From assembly GCA_023512345.1 (NCBI GenBank), contig JAILZT010000001.1, forward strand, positions 290,084 through 354,083: DNA of 64,000 nucleotides, read 5' to 3'. The position numbers and the translations under genes are program-made. Position 1 is the first letter of the stretch. Every line of letters begins with the position of its first letter. Shown one piece after another: positions 35,656 through 43,337 of this stretch. The DNA comes from Paenibacillus sp. GTDB lineage: Bacteria > Bacillota > Bacilli > Paenibacillales > Paenibacillaceae. The notes under the pieces were generated by a model that saw only the letters and a program-made list of their open reading frames with translations, did not search any database and was not told the DNA's origin.

Positions 35656-37293
35656 ATGATATTGATCAAATTATTAATCGCAGATGATGAGGCTTTGGTC
35701 TGTATCGGCTTGCAGTCTATGCTGAAATGGGAGCAATACAACATTGAGATAGTAGGCATTGCCCACAACGGTGCCCAGGAAGAAGAGATGATTGACACGC
35801 TCCGTCCGGACATTGTAATCAGCGATATCAAAATGCCGATTAAGAGCGGTCTCGAGGTTGCCGGCTCGGTACGCCAAAAGTACGGTCGGCTTCCACTCTT
35901 CATTATGCTGACCAGCTATGAAGAATTTCAATACGCGCGCGGAGCCATTGAGGTACAGGCCACAGACTATCTGGTGAAGCTGGAGTTGACCCCAGAGGCG
36001 CTGTCCGAATCAATCCGGAGAGCTATTTCCATCCTAGAGGCATACCAGACGATGGAGAGCTACCCGAAGCTTGTTCACCGCGGCAATCTTCAAGCCCAGC
36101 GTGATAAATTCTTCATCCGCCTGTTCAACAACCTGTTCGAGAATAAGAACCAGTACCTCCTGCAGAAAGAGGATTTGGACGTAGATTTGCCTGCCCCCGC
36201 TTACCTGGTCTGCACCTGCCGTATTCTTGGACCGGACACTGTCCCGCCACGTGGAGATAAGCTGATTGCCTTATGCTCAAGCACTGTACAGATGGCTAAG
36301 GACACGCTCTCTTCAGTAAGTCCTTGTTATGTAACCAGTCTTGATCTGCGTAATTTCGCCCTGGCCTTACCTGTCCCGGGAACAGATTCGCGGCTCTGGA
36401 TGCCCGACATCCAGAAACTGCTCGCGGATATGGCCTCCGTGCTGCACAACTATTTCAATGTGACGATCATCGGAGCCATCGGGTTCGCGGTTGAGGACCC
36501 TTATTTACTGCGGGAAAGCTACCTTGCAGCTCGGAAGGCGCTGCCGGCTGCCGTTAAAGAGTGTTCCTTCGTATTCTTCAACGAAGGCGAAGCACAGGAA
36601 CAGGAGCATCTGCTATTCGATTTCTCCGAATCTCGTTCGGAGATCCGCCGTGCTTTTGAAGAGATGGATACCCGCGCCTTAACCACCATTATCTCCAAAA
36701 TGATCGAAATATTCGATGGCCGGTCCGATCTGCTGGTTCCCGCCACCGATGCCGCCTGCAATATCCTGTATATGGCCACTTCCCTGCTTGCAGATGGTGA
36801 GAATATTGTGGAGCAGATATTTGAGAATGAACCAGAGGGCTACCGGGCCATTTATCAGATGCATACTATTGAAGAGATCGCCGGCTGGTTGATCCAATTC
36901 CGGGACGGATGCTCAAACATTCTCTCTACCCGCAGACAGAGCTACAAGGAGCAGGTCGTGAAAAATGTCCAGGAGTATATTAAAAGAAATCTCGGCAGCA
37001 AACTCTCCCTAAATCAGGTGGCAGATGTCTTCAATTTCAGTCCCAACTATCTGAGCCATCTATTCTCAAAGGTCGCCAAGGTAAACTATGTAGAGTATAT
37101 CACAGAGATCAAAATTACAGCTGCAAAGGAAATGATGATCCGCGGCGAAGGCCGGATTTACGAGATCTCACAGAAGTTGGGCTTCGAGAGCGCTTTTTAT
37201 TTCAGCAAAGTATTCAAAAAGGTAACCGGGCTCTCCCCACGCGACTACATTCAGCAGATCGAATCAGGTTCTGAAACTGTCCGTAATAATTGA
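35656..37293 (+). CDS. response regulator with an AraC-type HTH output (YesN-like)
   Basis: The receiver reads LLIADDEALV...DIVISDIKMP. The C-terminus LSLNQVADVFNFSPNYLSHLFSK...GFESAFYFSKVFKKVTGLSPRDY is the AraC HTH. The start is the ATG at 35656 or the GTG at 35653. Confidence 0.85.
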   Translation: MILIKLLIADDEALVCIGLQSMLKWEQYNIEIVGIAHNGAQEEEMIDTLRPDIVISDIKMPIKSGLEVAGSVRQKYGRLPLFIMLTSYEEFQYARGAIEVQATDYLVKLELTPEALSESIRRAISILEAYQTMESYPKLVHRGNLQAQRDKFFIRLFNNLFENKNQYLLQKEDLDVDLPAPAYLVCTCRILGPDTVPPRGDKLIALCSSTVQMAKDTLSSVSPCYVTSLDLRNFALALPVPGTDSRLWMPDIQKLLADMASVLHNYFNVTIIGAIGFAVEDPYLLRESYLAARKALPAAVKECSFVFFNEGEAQEQEHLLFDFSESRSEIRRAFEEMDTRALTTIISKMIEIFDGRSDLLVPATDAACNILYMATSLLADGENIVEQIFENEPEGYRAIYQMHTIEEIAGWLIQFRDGCSNILSTRRQSYKEQVVKNVQEYIKRNLGSKLSLNQVADVFNFSPNYLSHLFSKVAKVNYVEYITEIKITAAKEMMIRGEGRIYEISQKLGFESAFYFSKVFKKVTGLSPRDYIQQIESGSETVRNN

Positions 37294-37364
37294 AGCGAAG
37301 TTGACCCTTCCCGCCACGGAAATTGAATCCTATCTATTTTAGAGAAGTTCTATGAACAATAAAA

Positions 37365-37400
37365 AGCACAAAGAGTCCCTTTTAGGGTTCTTTGTGTTTT
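37365..37400 (+). terminator. probable terminator after the TCS genes
   Basis: GCACAAAGAGTCCC-TTTT-AGGGTTCTTTGTGT followed by TTTT. The stem is imperfect. Confidence 0.55.
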
Positions 37401-37426
37401 ACATTCACCCCTGAGAACTGATCCTT

Positions 37427-37458
37427 AAAAAACGAAAAGACCCTTGCTATGCAAGGAT
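37427..37458 (-). terminator. rho-independent terminator after the distal tRNA-Leu
   Basis: The minus strand reads GATCCTTGC-ATA-GCAAGGGTC followed by TTTTCGTTTTTT. Confidence 0.7.
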
Positions 37459-37477
37459 CTTCTTCGAATAAACATTA

Positions 37478-37560
37478 TGCGGTAGAGAGGACTCGAACCT
37501 CCACGGGTATACACCCACTACCCCCTCAAGATAGCGTGTCTGCCATTCCACCACTACCGC
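37478..37560 (-). tRNA. tRNA-Leu (anticodon GAG), class II with a long variable arm, no encoded CCA
   Basis: The reverse complement folds by hand: acceptor GCGGTAG/CTACCGC, anticodon stem CTATC/GGTAG, loop TTGAGGG, T-arm GGAGGTTCGAGTCCTCT, variable arm GGGTGTATACCC. Confidence 0.9.
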
Positions 37561-37604
37561 GCGGTGAGTAAAGACATAAAAATTGTTTGAGGCCAACATT
37601 CATA

Positions 37605-37633
37605 ATTATAAAACCACTACGACCAAAAGTAAA
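37605..37633 (-). promoter_or_regulatory. near-consensus sigma-A promoter dedicated to the distal tRNA-Leu
   Basis: Minus strand TTTACT (37633-37628), 17-nt spacer, TATAAT (37610-37605), about 45 nt upstream of the mature 5' end. Confidence 0.55.
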
Positions 37634-37642
37634 GATGCAGAT

Positions 37643-38008
37643 TTAGGAATTATCCTCCGCCGCTTTAAGCTTACGGTACTCGGTAAAGGCAATATACTCT
37701 TTTATAAATTCCTTCTCACTTGGAAGAAGTTCCTCACTTTGGCAATTCAATTGCCGCATTTGCCCAAAAAAATAATTTCCAGCACTTTCGCGAACAATTT
37801 CGGGGGCATTTTTGCCCAGGATGAGCCAATCCAGACTAACATGAAAAAAAGCTCCAATCTCAATCAGCTTATGGGTTCCCGGAGTAGACTTGCCTCTTTT
37901 CCAATCCCCCATGTTGCCTGTACTGATATTTAACTGCTCGCAAAATGACTTCTTGGTAAGTCCCTTTTGCTTGATTAAATACTCTATACGCTCGTATATG
38001 GACTGCAT
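37643..38008 (-). CDS. XRE-family HTH regulator (cI-like), 121 aa
   Basis: The N-terminus IEYLIKQKGLTKKSFCEQLNISTGNMGDWKRGKSTPGTHKLIEIGAFFHVSLDWLILG is a classic HTH_3. The C-terminal ~55 aa are unassigned. Confidence 0.85.
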   Translation of the reverse strand: MQSIYERIEYLIKQKGLTKKSFCEQLNISTGNMGDWKRGKSTPGTHKLIEIGAFFHVSLDWLILGKNAPEIVRESAGNYFFGQMRQLNCQSEELLPSEKEFIKEYIAFTEYRKLKAAEDNS

Positions 38009-38060
38009 TCACAAAACCGCCTTCCAAACTCATAAACATACTTATTTAAGGTATATTTTA

Positions 38061-38089
38061 TTGAAATATGACGCAAAAAAGTATATAAT
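38061..38089 (+). promoter_or_regulatory. consensus-like sigma-A promoter for the small-HTH/PAS operon
   Basis: TTGAAA (38061-38066), 17-nt spacer, TATAAT (38084-38089). It is divergent from the XRE gene. Confidence 0.6.
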
Positions 38090-38153
38090 TAACTAATACT
38101 ATGTCTTACTTCATTATATCATAGGGCTGGAAAGTCGATAAGAGGTGAGTTCG

Positions 38154-38351
38154 TTGAATAGTAAAAGTCCCATAACCCCCTATGGCTGGGCAATTAAACA
38201 ACGCCTTACAGAAATGTGTGTGAACCAGAAGGATTTCTGCCAGATCCACGGAATTCCGCCCTATCGTCTCTCTAATCTGATTCACGGAACACGCAAAGCC
38301 AAACGGTTTCGGCGGCAGATCGAGGAACTGCTCAACCTGCCTCTGTCCTAA
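38154..38351 (+). CDS. small Cro-like HTH protein (65 aa)
   Basis: I prefer the TTG at 38154, 8 nt after AAGAGG; the track GTG at 38145 abuts the SD. The HTH-like segment is QKDFCQIHGIPPYRLSNLIHGTRKA. Confidence 0.65.
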   Translation: MNSKSPITPYGWAIKQRLTEMCVNQKDFCQIHGIPPYRLSNLIHGTRKAKRFRRQIEELLNLPLS

Positions 38352-38388
38352 GCCTTATATCCTGAAAGATCTCAAGGAGCGATAACCT

Positions 38389-39033
38389 TTGTCAGAAAGC
38401 GTATTATCTTCAATCACGCATTCGCTTGAAGCTCTGCCTCACCATACATGGGTTATCGACAGAAATGGAGTAATTCAGTTTGTAAGCAGCAGTTGGATTG
38501 AGTACAGTAAAGAACATGGTTTATCTCCACGCAAGGAGTGCGTCGGGGCTAATTGCTATGAGCTATTTCAGGAGTTCATAATTGAACCTAATCACAGGTT
38601 AACATTGCTAGATTCCTTACAGAGTATTTTTCAAGGTGAACGTCTGGTATTTGTCACTAAGTTCACTGTAAGTACCTTTAAGAAGAGCAGCAGAACCTTA
38701 GAACTGGAAGCCTTTCCTCTTATGACAGACCTGACTTCAGCAAGCTGCAGCCTTATCATTTCTTTGAAGGATCTGGGCCCTGTTATAAAAGAACATCATA
38801 TACAACCATACAGAAGCTTTCGTTCTATATCCAAGCCTCCGTACAAACTTCGACTCATTCCCATCTGTGCCTCTTGTAAATCCATTCGGAACGATAAAGA
38901 GGAGTGGCTCAGGATTGAGCAGTATTTGCAGCAGAAGCTGTCATTGCAGTTCACACATGATATCTGCCCGGGTTGTATACGACAGCTCTATCCCCAATAT
39001 GCTGGCGCTTTGAAGAAAATTCTCGAGAATTAA
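38389..39033 (+). CDS. PAS-like sensor protein with a C-terminal CxxC...CxxC module, unknown output
   Basis: 214-aa ORF with a TTG start 9 nt after AAGGAG. The PAS-like N-terminus is HTWVIDRNGVIQFVSSSWIEYSKEHGL...LELEAFPL. The C-terminus is IPICASCKSIRNDKEEWLRIEQYLQQKLSLQFTHDICPGCIRQLYPQY. Confidence 0.75.
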   Translation: MSESVLSSITHSLEALPHHTWVIDRNGVIQFVSSSWIEYSKEHGLSPRKECVGANCYELFQEFIIEPNHRLTLLDSLQSIFQGERLVFVTKFTVSTFKKSSRTLELEAFPLMTDLTSASCSLIISLKDLGPVIKEHHIQPYRSFRSISKPPYKLRLIPICASCKSIRNDKEEWLRIEQYLQQKLSLQFTHDICPGCIRQLYPQYAGALKKILEN

Positions 39034-39038
39034 AAAAA

Positions 39039-39075
39039 GGTAAGGACACCTTTGCTAAGCAAAGATTTCCTTACC
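39039..39075. terminator. bidirectional terminator between the PAS gene and the tRNA-Glu/Leu pair
   Basis: GGTAAGGA...CTTTGCTAAGCAAAG...TCCTTACC. There is an A-run on the plus side, which is a T-run on the minus strand, so it can terminate the minus-strand tRNAs. It is followed by TCTTCGTGTT on the plus strand. Confidence 0.7.
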
Positions 39076-39086
39076 TCTTCGTGTTA

Positions 39087-39169
39087 TGCGGTAGAGAGGA
39101 CTCGAACCTCCACGAGCATACGCTCACTACCCCCTCAAGATAGCGTGTCTGCCATTCCACCACTACCGC
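39087..39169 (-). tRNA. tRNA-Leu (anticodon GAG), class II, no encoded CCA
   Basis: Identical to the copy at 37478-37560 except for 4 nt in the variable arm (GAGCGTATGCTC). Confidence 0.9.
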
Positions 39170-39172
39170 ATA

Positions 39173-39247
39173 TGGTGACCCGTATGGGATTCGAACCCAT
39201 GTTACCTCCGTGAAAGGGAGGTGTCTTAACCCCTTGACCAACGGGCC
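39173..39247 (-). tRNA. tRNA-Glu (anticodon TTC), CCA encoded
   Basis: The reverse complement GGCCCGTTGGTCAAGGGGTTAAGACACCTCCCTTTCACGGAGGTAACATGGGTTCGAATCCCATACGGGTCACCA is near-identical to Bacillus tRNA-Glu as I remember it. Confidence 0.92.
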
Positions 39248-39324
39248 ATACACTAAATCAATATGTTCTTTTCACAACAAAAATGAGTATATCAAACCTT
39301 CAGGAAACTTGCAAGTAATATTTA

Positions 39325-40446
39325 TTAGACTGTTAGAACCTCAATACCATCAGCGAATTCATATCCAAGGCTATCTGCTACTGCAAGGTTGGTTACGCGG
39401 CCAGCAGCCGTATTAATCCCCCGGCACAGCGACTTGTTCTGCATAGCGGCTTTTACAATACCAAGATTAGCAACTAGCAGCGCATAGGGCATGGTTACAT
39501 TGGTTAGTGCAAGCGTTGAGGTACGTGCTACCGCGCCTGGCATGTTGGCTACTGCATAATGAACCACCCCATGCTTAACAAAAGTCGGATTGGCGTGAGT
39601 AGTTATTCTATCAATGGTCTCAATAGACCCTCCCTGATCTATGGCTACATCAACTATTACGGACCCTTCCCCCATTTGCTGAACCATATACTCTTTTACC
39701 AGCTTGGGTGCTCGGGCTCCTGGGATAAGCACAGCTCCTATAAGTAGATCCGCTGTTCGAACTTCTTGTTCAATATGGTAGGAATCAGACATAATGGTGA
39801 TCAAGCGTCCTCCGAAAATATCATCCAATTCACGCAAGCGGCTTGCCTTCGAATCCAATACCGTGACCCTGGCACCCATCCCAAGGGCGATTTTGGCTGC
39901 ATTCGTCCCTACAATCCCTCCACCCACGATGACCACCTTAGCAGGCCTTACACCAGGAACACCGCCTAACAGGATTCCTTTCCCACCTTGAGGCTTCTCA
40001 AGCAGTCGAGCTCCAATCTGCACGGCCATACGGCCCGCAACCTCACTCATCGGGATAAGGAGTGGTAATGAACCGTCTTCTAGCTGAATCGTTTCATATC
40101 CGACCGCAGTTACTCCACTATCCACAAGTGCTTTCGTCAGTCCAGCTTCAGGCGCTAGATGGAGATAAGTGAACAGGATTAAGCCCTGACGGAAGAAACC
40201 ATACTCCTCAGGCAGCGGCTCTTTCACCTTCATCACCATGTCCGAATTACTCCATAGATCAGATGCAGAATTACTTATCTCTGCTCCCTTATCTAAGTAT
40301 TCCTCGTCCTCAAACCCGCTGCCTGATCCGGCGGATTTCTCAACAAGTACCGTGTGGCCTGCTTTTTTCAAAATTGAGACTCCAGCTGGAGTAATGGCTA
40401 CACGGTTTTCATTGTTTTTGATTTCTTTGGGTACGCCAATAATCAT
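39325..40446 (-). CDS. ald: alanine dehydrogenase
   Basis: 373-aa ORF with [23 protein letters not shown] and the NAD motif [28 protein letters not shown]. Confidence 0.92.
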   Translation of the reverse strand: MIIGVPKEIKNNENRVAITPAGVSILKKAGHTVLVEKSAGSGSGFEDEEYLDKGAEISNSASDLWSNSDMVMKVKEPLPEEYGFFRQGLILFTYLHLAPEAGLTKALVDSGVTAVGYETIQLEDGSLPLLIPMSEVAGRMAVQIGARLLEKPQGGKGILLGGVPGVRPAKVVIVGGGIVGTNAAKIALGMGARVTVLDSKASRLRELDDIFGGRLITIMSDSYHIEQEVRTADLLIGAVLIPGARAPKLVKEYMVQQMGEGSVIVDVAIDQGGSIETIDRITTHANPTFVKHGVVHYAVANMPGAVARTSTLALTNVTMPYALLVANLGIVKAAMQNKSLCRGINTAAGRVTNLAVADSLGYEFADGIEVLTV

Positions 40447-40484
40447 CTGAATTCCTCCTCCATTTCAGTTGTGTGAAGCAATGA

Positions 40485-40514
40485 CAGCTCCGGAAGCAAA
40501 AGCCTCCGGAGCTG
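40485..40514 (-). promoter_or_regulatory. perfect 10-bp stem hairpin between the livJ-like stop and the ald start (weak terminator or leader structure)
   Basis: CAGCTCCGGA-10 nt loop-TCCGGAGCTG. No clear U-tract on either strand. It lies 38 nt upstream of the ald ATG. Confidence 0.4.
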
Positions 40515-40578
40515 CAAAGCACATGATGTTCAGAAGATTATAATTCCCAGCGAATCAAAGATTATTGCATCAACTAAC

Positions 40579-41778
40579 TTAAGGATTTACTTTTGCTTCA
40601 AAGGTTTGTTTTCCATCAACAAATTTCAGGACCACCGCTGCTTTAACAGGGTCATGAGTTTCGTTCATCGAAATTTTACCCGTTGCCAATTGTAGATCCT
40701 TAGTAGCCGCCAGTGCATCCTTCAGCTTCGCAGCATCCGTGGATCCTGCACGAGTGATTGCATCAGCTACCAGCTTCACAGCATCATAACCCAGCGCTGC
40801 CATTCCGTCCGGTACAAGGTCGCCATTAGCTGCCTTAAAGGCATCTACGAACGATTTAACTTCAGGAGCACTATCTTCAGGTGAATAGTGATTGGACATG
40901 AAAGTGTTATCTAGCGCTGCTGCACCAGCAATTTCAGCCAACTGTGGGGAATCCCATCCATCGCCGCCCATGAAAGGAACAGTGATACCCATTTCACGCG
41001 CTTGCTTAAGGATTTTACCAACCTCTTCATAATAACCAGGCAGATAAATAACATCTGGATTAGCTTCTTTAATACGAGTCAATACGGCTTTGAAGTCGGA
41101 GTCTTTTTGTTGGTAGGACTCTTCACTTAAGATGGTGCCGCCGCTTTTTGTAAATGTATCTTTAAAGAACTTCTGTAGCCCCTTGGAGTAATCACTGGAA
41201 GTATCGGTATAGATAACAGCAGTTTTTGCTTTCAAAGTTTCCGTTGCAAAGTTCGCCATAACCTGCCCTTGAAAAGGATCGATAAAGGAAGCGCGGAATA
41301 CCCATTGGTTCAACTCACCTGTACGCTCGTCAACCGTTACCTTAGGGTTAGTTGCTGAAGAACTAACAAGCGGGATTTCCTTTTCTTGAGCTACAGGCAC
41401 AATCCCAAGTGTGTTCGTTGAAGTTGTAGCACCAATAATGGCAACAACCTTTTCGGATGTAATCAGCTTTTGAGCTGCGCGGGTTGCCTCTTCAGACTTG
41501 GAAGCATTATCGGCTTCAACCAGCTCTAGCTGTTGACCGAGCACCCCACCTGCATCATTAATTTCCTTCACAGCCAATTTAGCACCTTTTAGTGCGGAGT
41601 CGCCGAAGGAAGCCTGACCGCCTGTAAGTTCGAGGTTCGCTCCAATCTTGATGGTTCCTGCCGCAGCATTCCCACCGTTTGCAGCAGCATTACTTTCATT
41701 GTTTTTGTTATTGCCGCAGCCAGTTGCCAGTGCTGCAGTTAATACTGTCGTCAAAATAATGGCCCCGATTTTCTTCAT
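40579..41778 (-). CDS. livJ: branched-chain amino acid ABC transporter substrate-binding lipoprotein (LivJ/K-like)
   Basis: 399-aa ORF with lipobox ALATGCGN and Peripla_BP_6-type content (IKIGANLELTGGQASFG...). Confidence 0.85.
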   Translation of the reverse strand: MKKIGAIILTTVLTAALATGCGNNKNNESNAAANGGNAAAGTIKIGANLELTGGQASFGDSALKGAKLAVKEINDAGGVLGQQLELVEADNASKSEEATRAAQKLITSEKVVAIIGATTSTNTLGIVPVAQEKEIPLVSSSATNPKVTVDERTGELNQWVFRASFIDPFQGQVMANFATETLKAKTAVIYTDTSSDYSKGLQKFFKDTFTKSGGTILSEESYQQKDSDFKAVLTRIKEANPDVIYLPGYYEEVGKILKQAREMGITVPFMGGDGWDSPQLAEIAGAAALDNTFMSNHYSPEDSAPEVKSFVDAFKAANGDLVPDGMAALGYDAVKLVADAITRAGSTDAAKLKDALAATKDLQLATGKISMNETHDPVKAAVVLKFVDGKQTFEAKVNP

Positions 41779-41846
41779 CCTCTTCCAGCCTCCTAGTATT
41801 ATATTTATATTTTGGTTCTGTGTTGCAGCTAAGAAACAAAGATAGG

Positions 41847-42548
41847 TTAATGTCCCAAATAGGCCATTTTGATTTCTTCCGAATCCGCCAATTCCTTGGC
41901 ATCCCCTTCAAGAACCACTCTGCCTGTCTCGAGCACATAGGCACGATGGGCAATTTTGAGTGCTTGGTGTGCATTCTGTTCTACAAGAAGTACTGTTGTA
42001 CCAGATGCATTAACCTCCTGAATGATCCGGAAAATATCCTGTACCAATAATGGAGCAAGCCCCATTGAAGGCTCATCTAGCAGCAACAGTTTGGGATGAC
42101 CCATCATGGCGCGACCCATAGCGAGCATTTGCTGTTCACCGCCAGACAAGGTTCCAGCCAGCTGTTTCTTTCTTTCTAGAAGGCGAGGAAACGTTGCATA
42201 TACCTTCTCGAAATCAGCGGGGAGACTGCTGGAATCTTGAAGATAGCCGCCAAGCTCCAAATTCTCTTCTACAGACATGTTCGCAAATACGCGTCTGCCT
42301 TCAGGACAATGAATAAGCCCCTGCTTCACGATGGACTGTATGCTTTGGTTCGTGATGGATTTATCTAAAAATTCAATACTGCCGGTCTTCGGTTTAAGCA
42401 AACCTGAAAGCGTCTTGAGTAAGGTCGATTTCCCGGCGCCATTCGCTCCGATTAACGTAACGATCTCACCTTCATTTACGGTGATGCTAAGATCCTTGAG
42501 GGCATGGATAGCTCCATAATATACATTGATTCCTTCTACTTTAAGCAT
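41847..42548 (-). CDS. livF: branched-chain amino acid ABC transporter ATP-binding protein (LivF-like)
   Basis: 233 aa with Walker A GANGAGKST, signature LSGGEQQML and Walker B LLLLDEP. Confidence 0.9.
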   Translation of the reverse strand: MLKVEGINVYYGAIHALKDLSITVNEGEIVTLIGANGAGKSTLLKTLSGLLKPKTGSIEFLDKSITNQSIQSIVKQGLIHCPEGRRVFANMSVEENLELGGYLQDSSSLPADFEKVYATFPRLLERKKQLAGTLSGGEQQMLAMGRAMMGHPKLLLLDEPSMGLAPLLVQDIFRIIQEVNASGTTVLLVEQNAHQALKIAHRAYVLETGRVVLEGDAKELADSEEIKMAYLGH

Positions 42549-42554
42549 CGCTGT

Positions 42555-43337
42555 CTACGCCTCCTGTCCCAAATAGGCTTCGATAACCTTAGGGTTATTC
42601 CGTATTTCTACAGGTGAGCCATCGGCGATCAGAATGCCGCGGTCGAGCACGTAGATTCGGTCACAGACCCCCATGACCAGCGACATATCATGCTCAATCA
42701 GCAGGATAGTCAGATCAAACTCCTTACGGATCCAGGCAATCAGATTCATAAGATCACGAGTCTCATTGGGATTCATACCTGCCGCAGGTTCATCCAGAAG
42801 CAAAAGCTTTGGACCCGCTGCAAGAGCACGGGCAATTTCCAGACGCCGCTGATTACCATAGCTGAGGTTACCTGCTGTCTCGTCACTCTGATCGGCCAGG
42901 TTAAATATTTTGAGAATATCAAGCGCCTTCTGCGTGATCTCCGCTTCTTCCTTGAAATGCTTAGGCAGACGGAGCATCGAAGTAAATATCGAATGCTTAG
43001 CATGCTGATGATAAGCGATTTTCACGTTATCCAGCACCGTCATTGCAGTGAACAAGCGGATATTTTGGAAGGTCCGCGCTGCTCCCTTTCGGTTAATCCG
43101 GAAAGGCTTCATGCCACCCACAGACTGATTGTTCAGGAGAATGGTACCGCTGGATGGCGGATATACACCCGTTAACAGATTGAACAATGTTGTTTTCCCT
43201 GCACCATTAGGTCCGATCAGCCCAATCAATTCACCCTTGTCAATATGAAGGGAAACCTCGCTGAGGGCCTTCAGTCCTCCAAAGGAACGACTGGCCTCTT
43301 TGACATCAAGAAGAACTACTTTCGCTGATGACGTCAT
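42555..43337 (-). CDS. livG: branched-chain amino acid ABC transporter ATP-binding protein (LivG-like)
   Basis: I take the ATG at 43337, 9 nt after AAGGAGG, as the start. Walker A GPNGAGKTT, signature LSYGNQRRLEIA, and a C-terminal BCA_ABC_TP_C-like end. Confidence 0.9.
   Translation of the reverse strand: MTSSAKVVLLDVKEASRSFGGLKALSEVSLHIDKGELIGLIGPNGAGKTTLFNLLTGVYPPSSGTILLNNQSVGGMKPFRINRKGAARTFQNIRLFTAMTVLDNVKIAYHQHAKHSIFTSMLRLPKHFKEEAEITQKALDILKIFNLADQSDETAGNLSYGNQRRLEIARALAAGPKLLLLDEPAAGMNPNETRDLMNLIAWIRKEFDLTILLIEHDMSLVMGVCDRIYVLDRGILIADGSPVEIRNNPKVIEAYLGQEA

Noticed and set aside
37561-37575. Possible attR-like remnant of the tRNA-Leu 3' end (GCGGTGAGTAAAGAC compared with GCGGTAGAGAGGAC) at the islet boundary.
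   Set aside because: The similarity is limited to 5 nt plus scattered matches. That is not distinguishable from chance, so there is no support for a recent site-specific integration scar.
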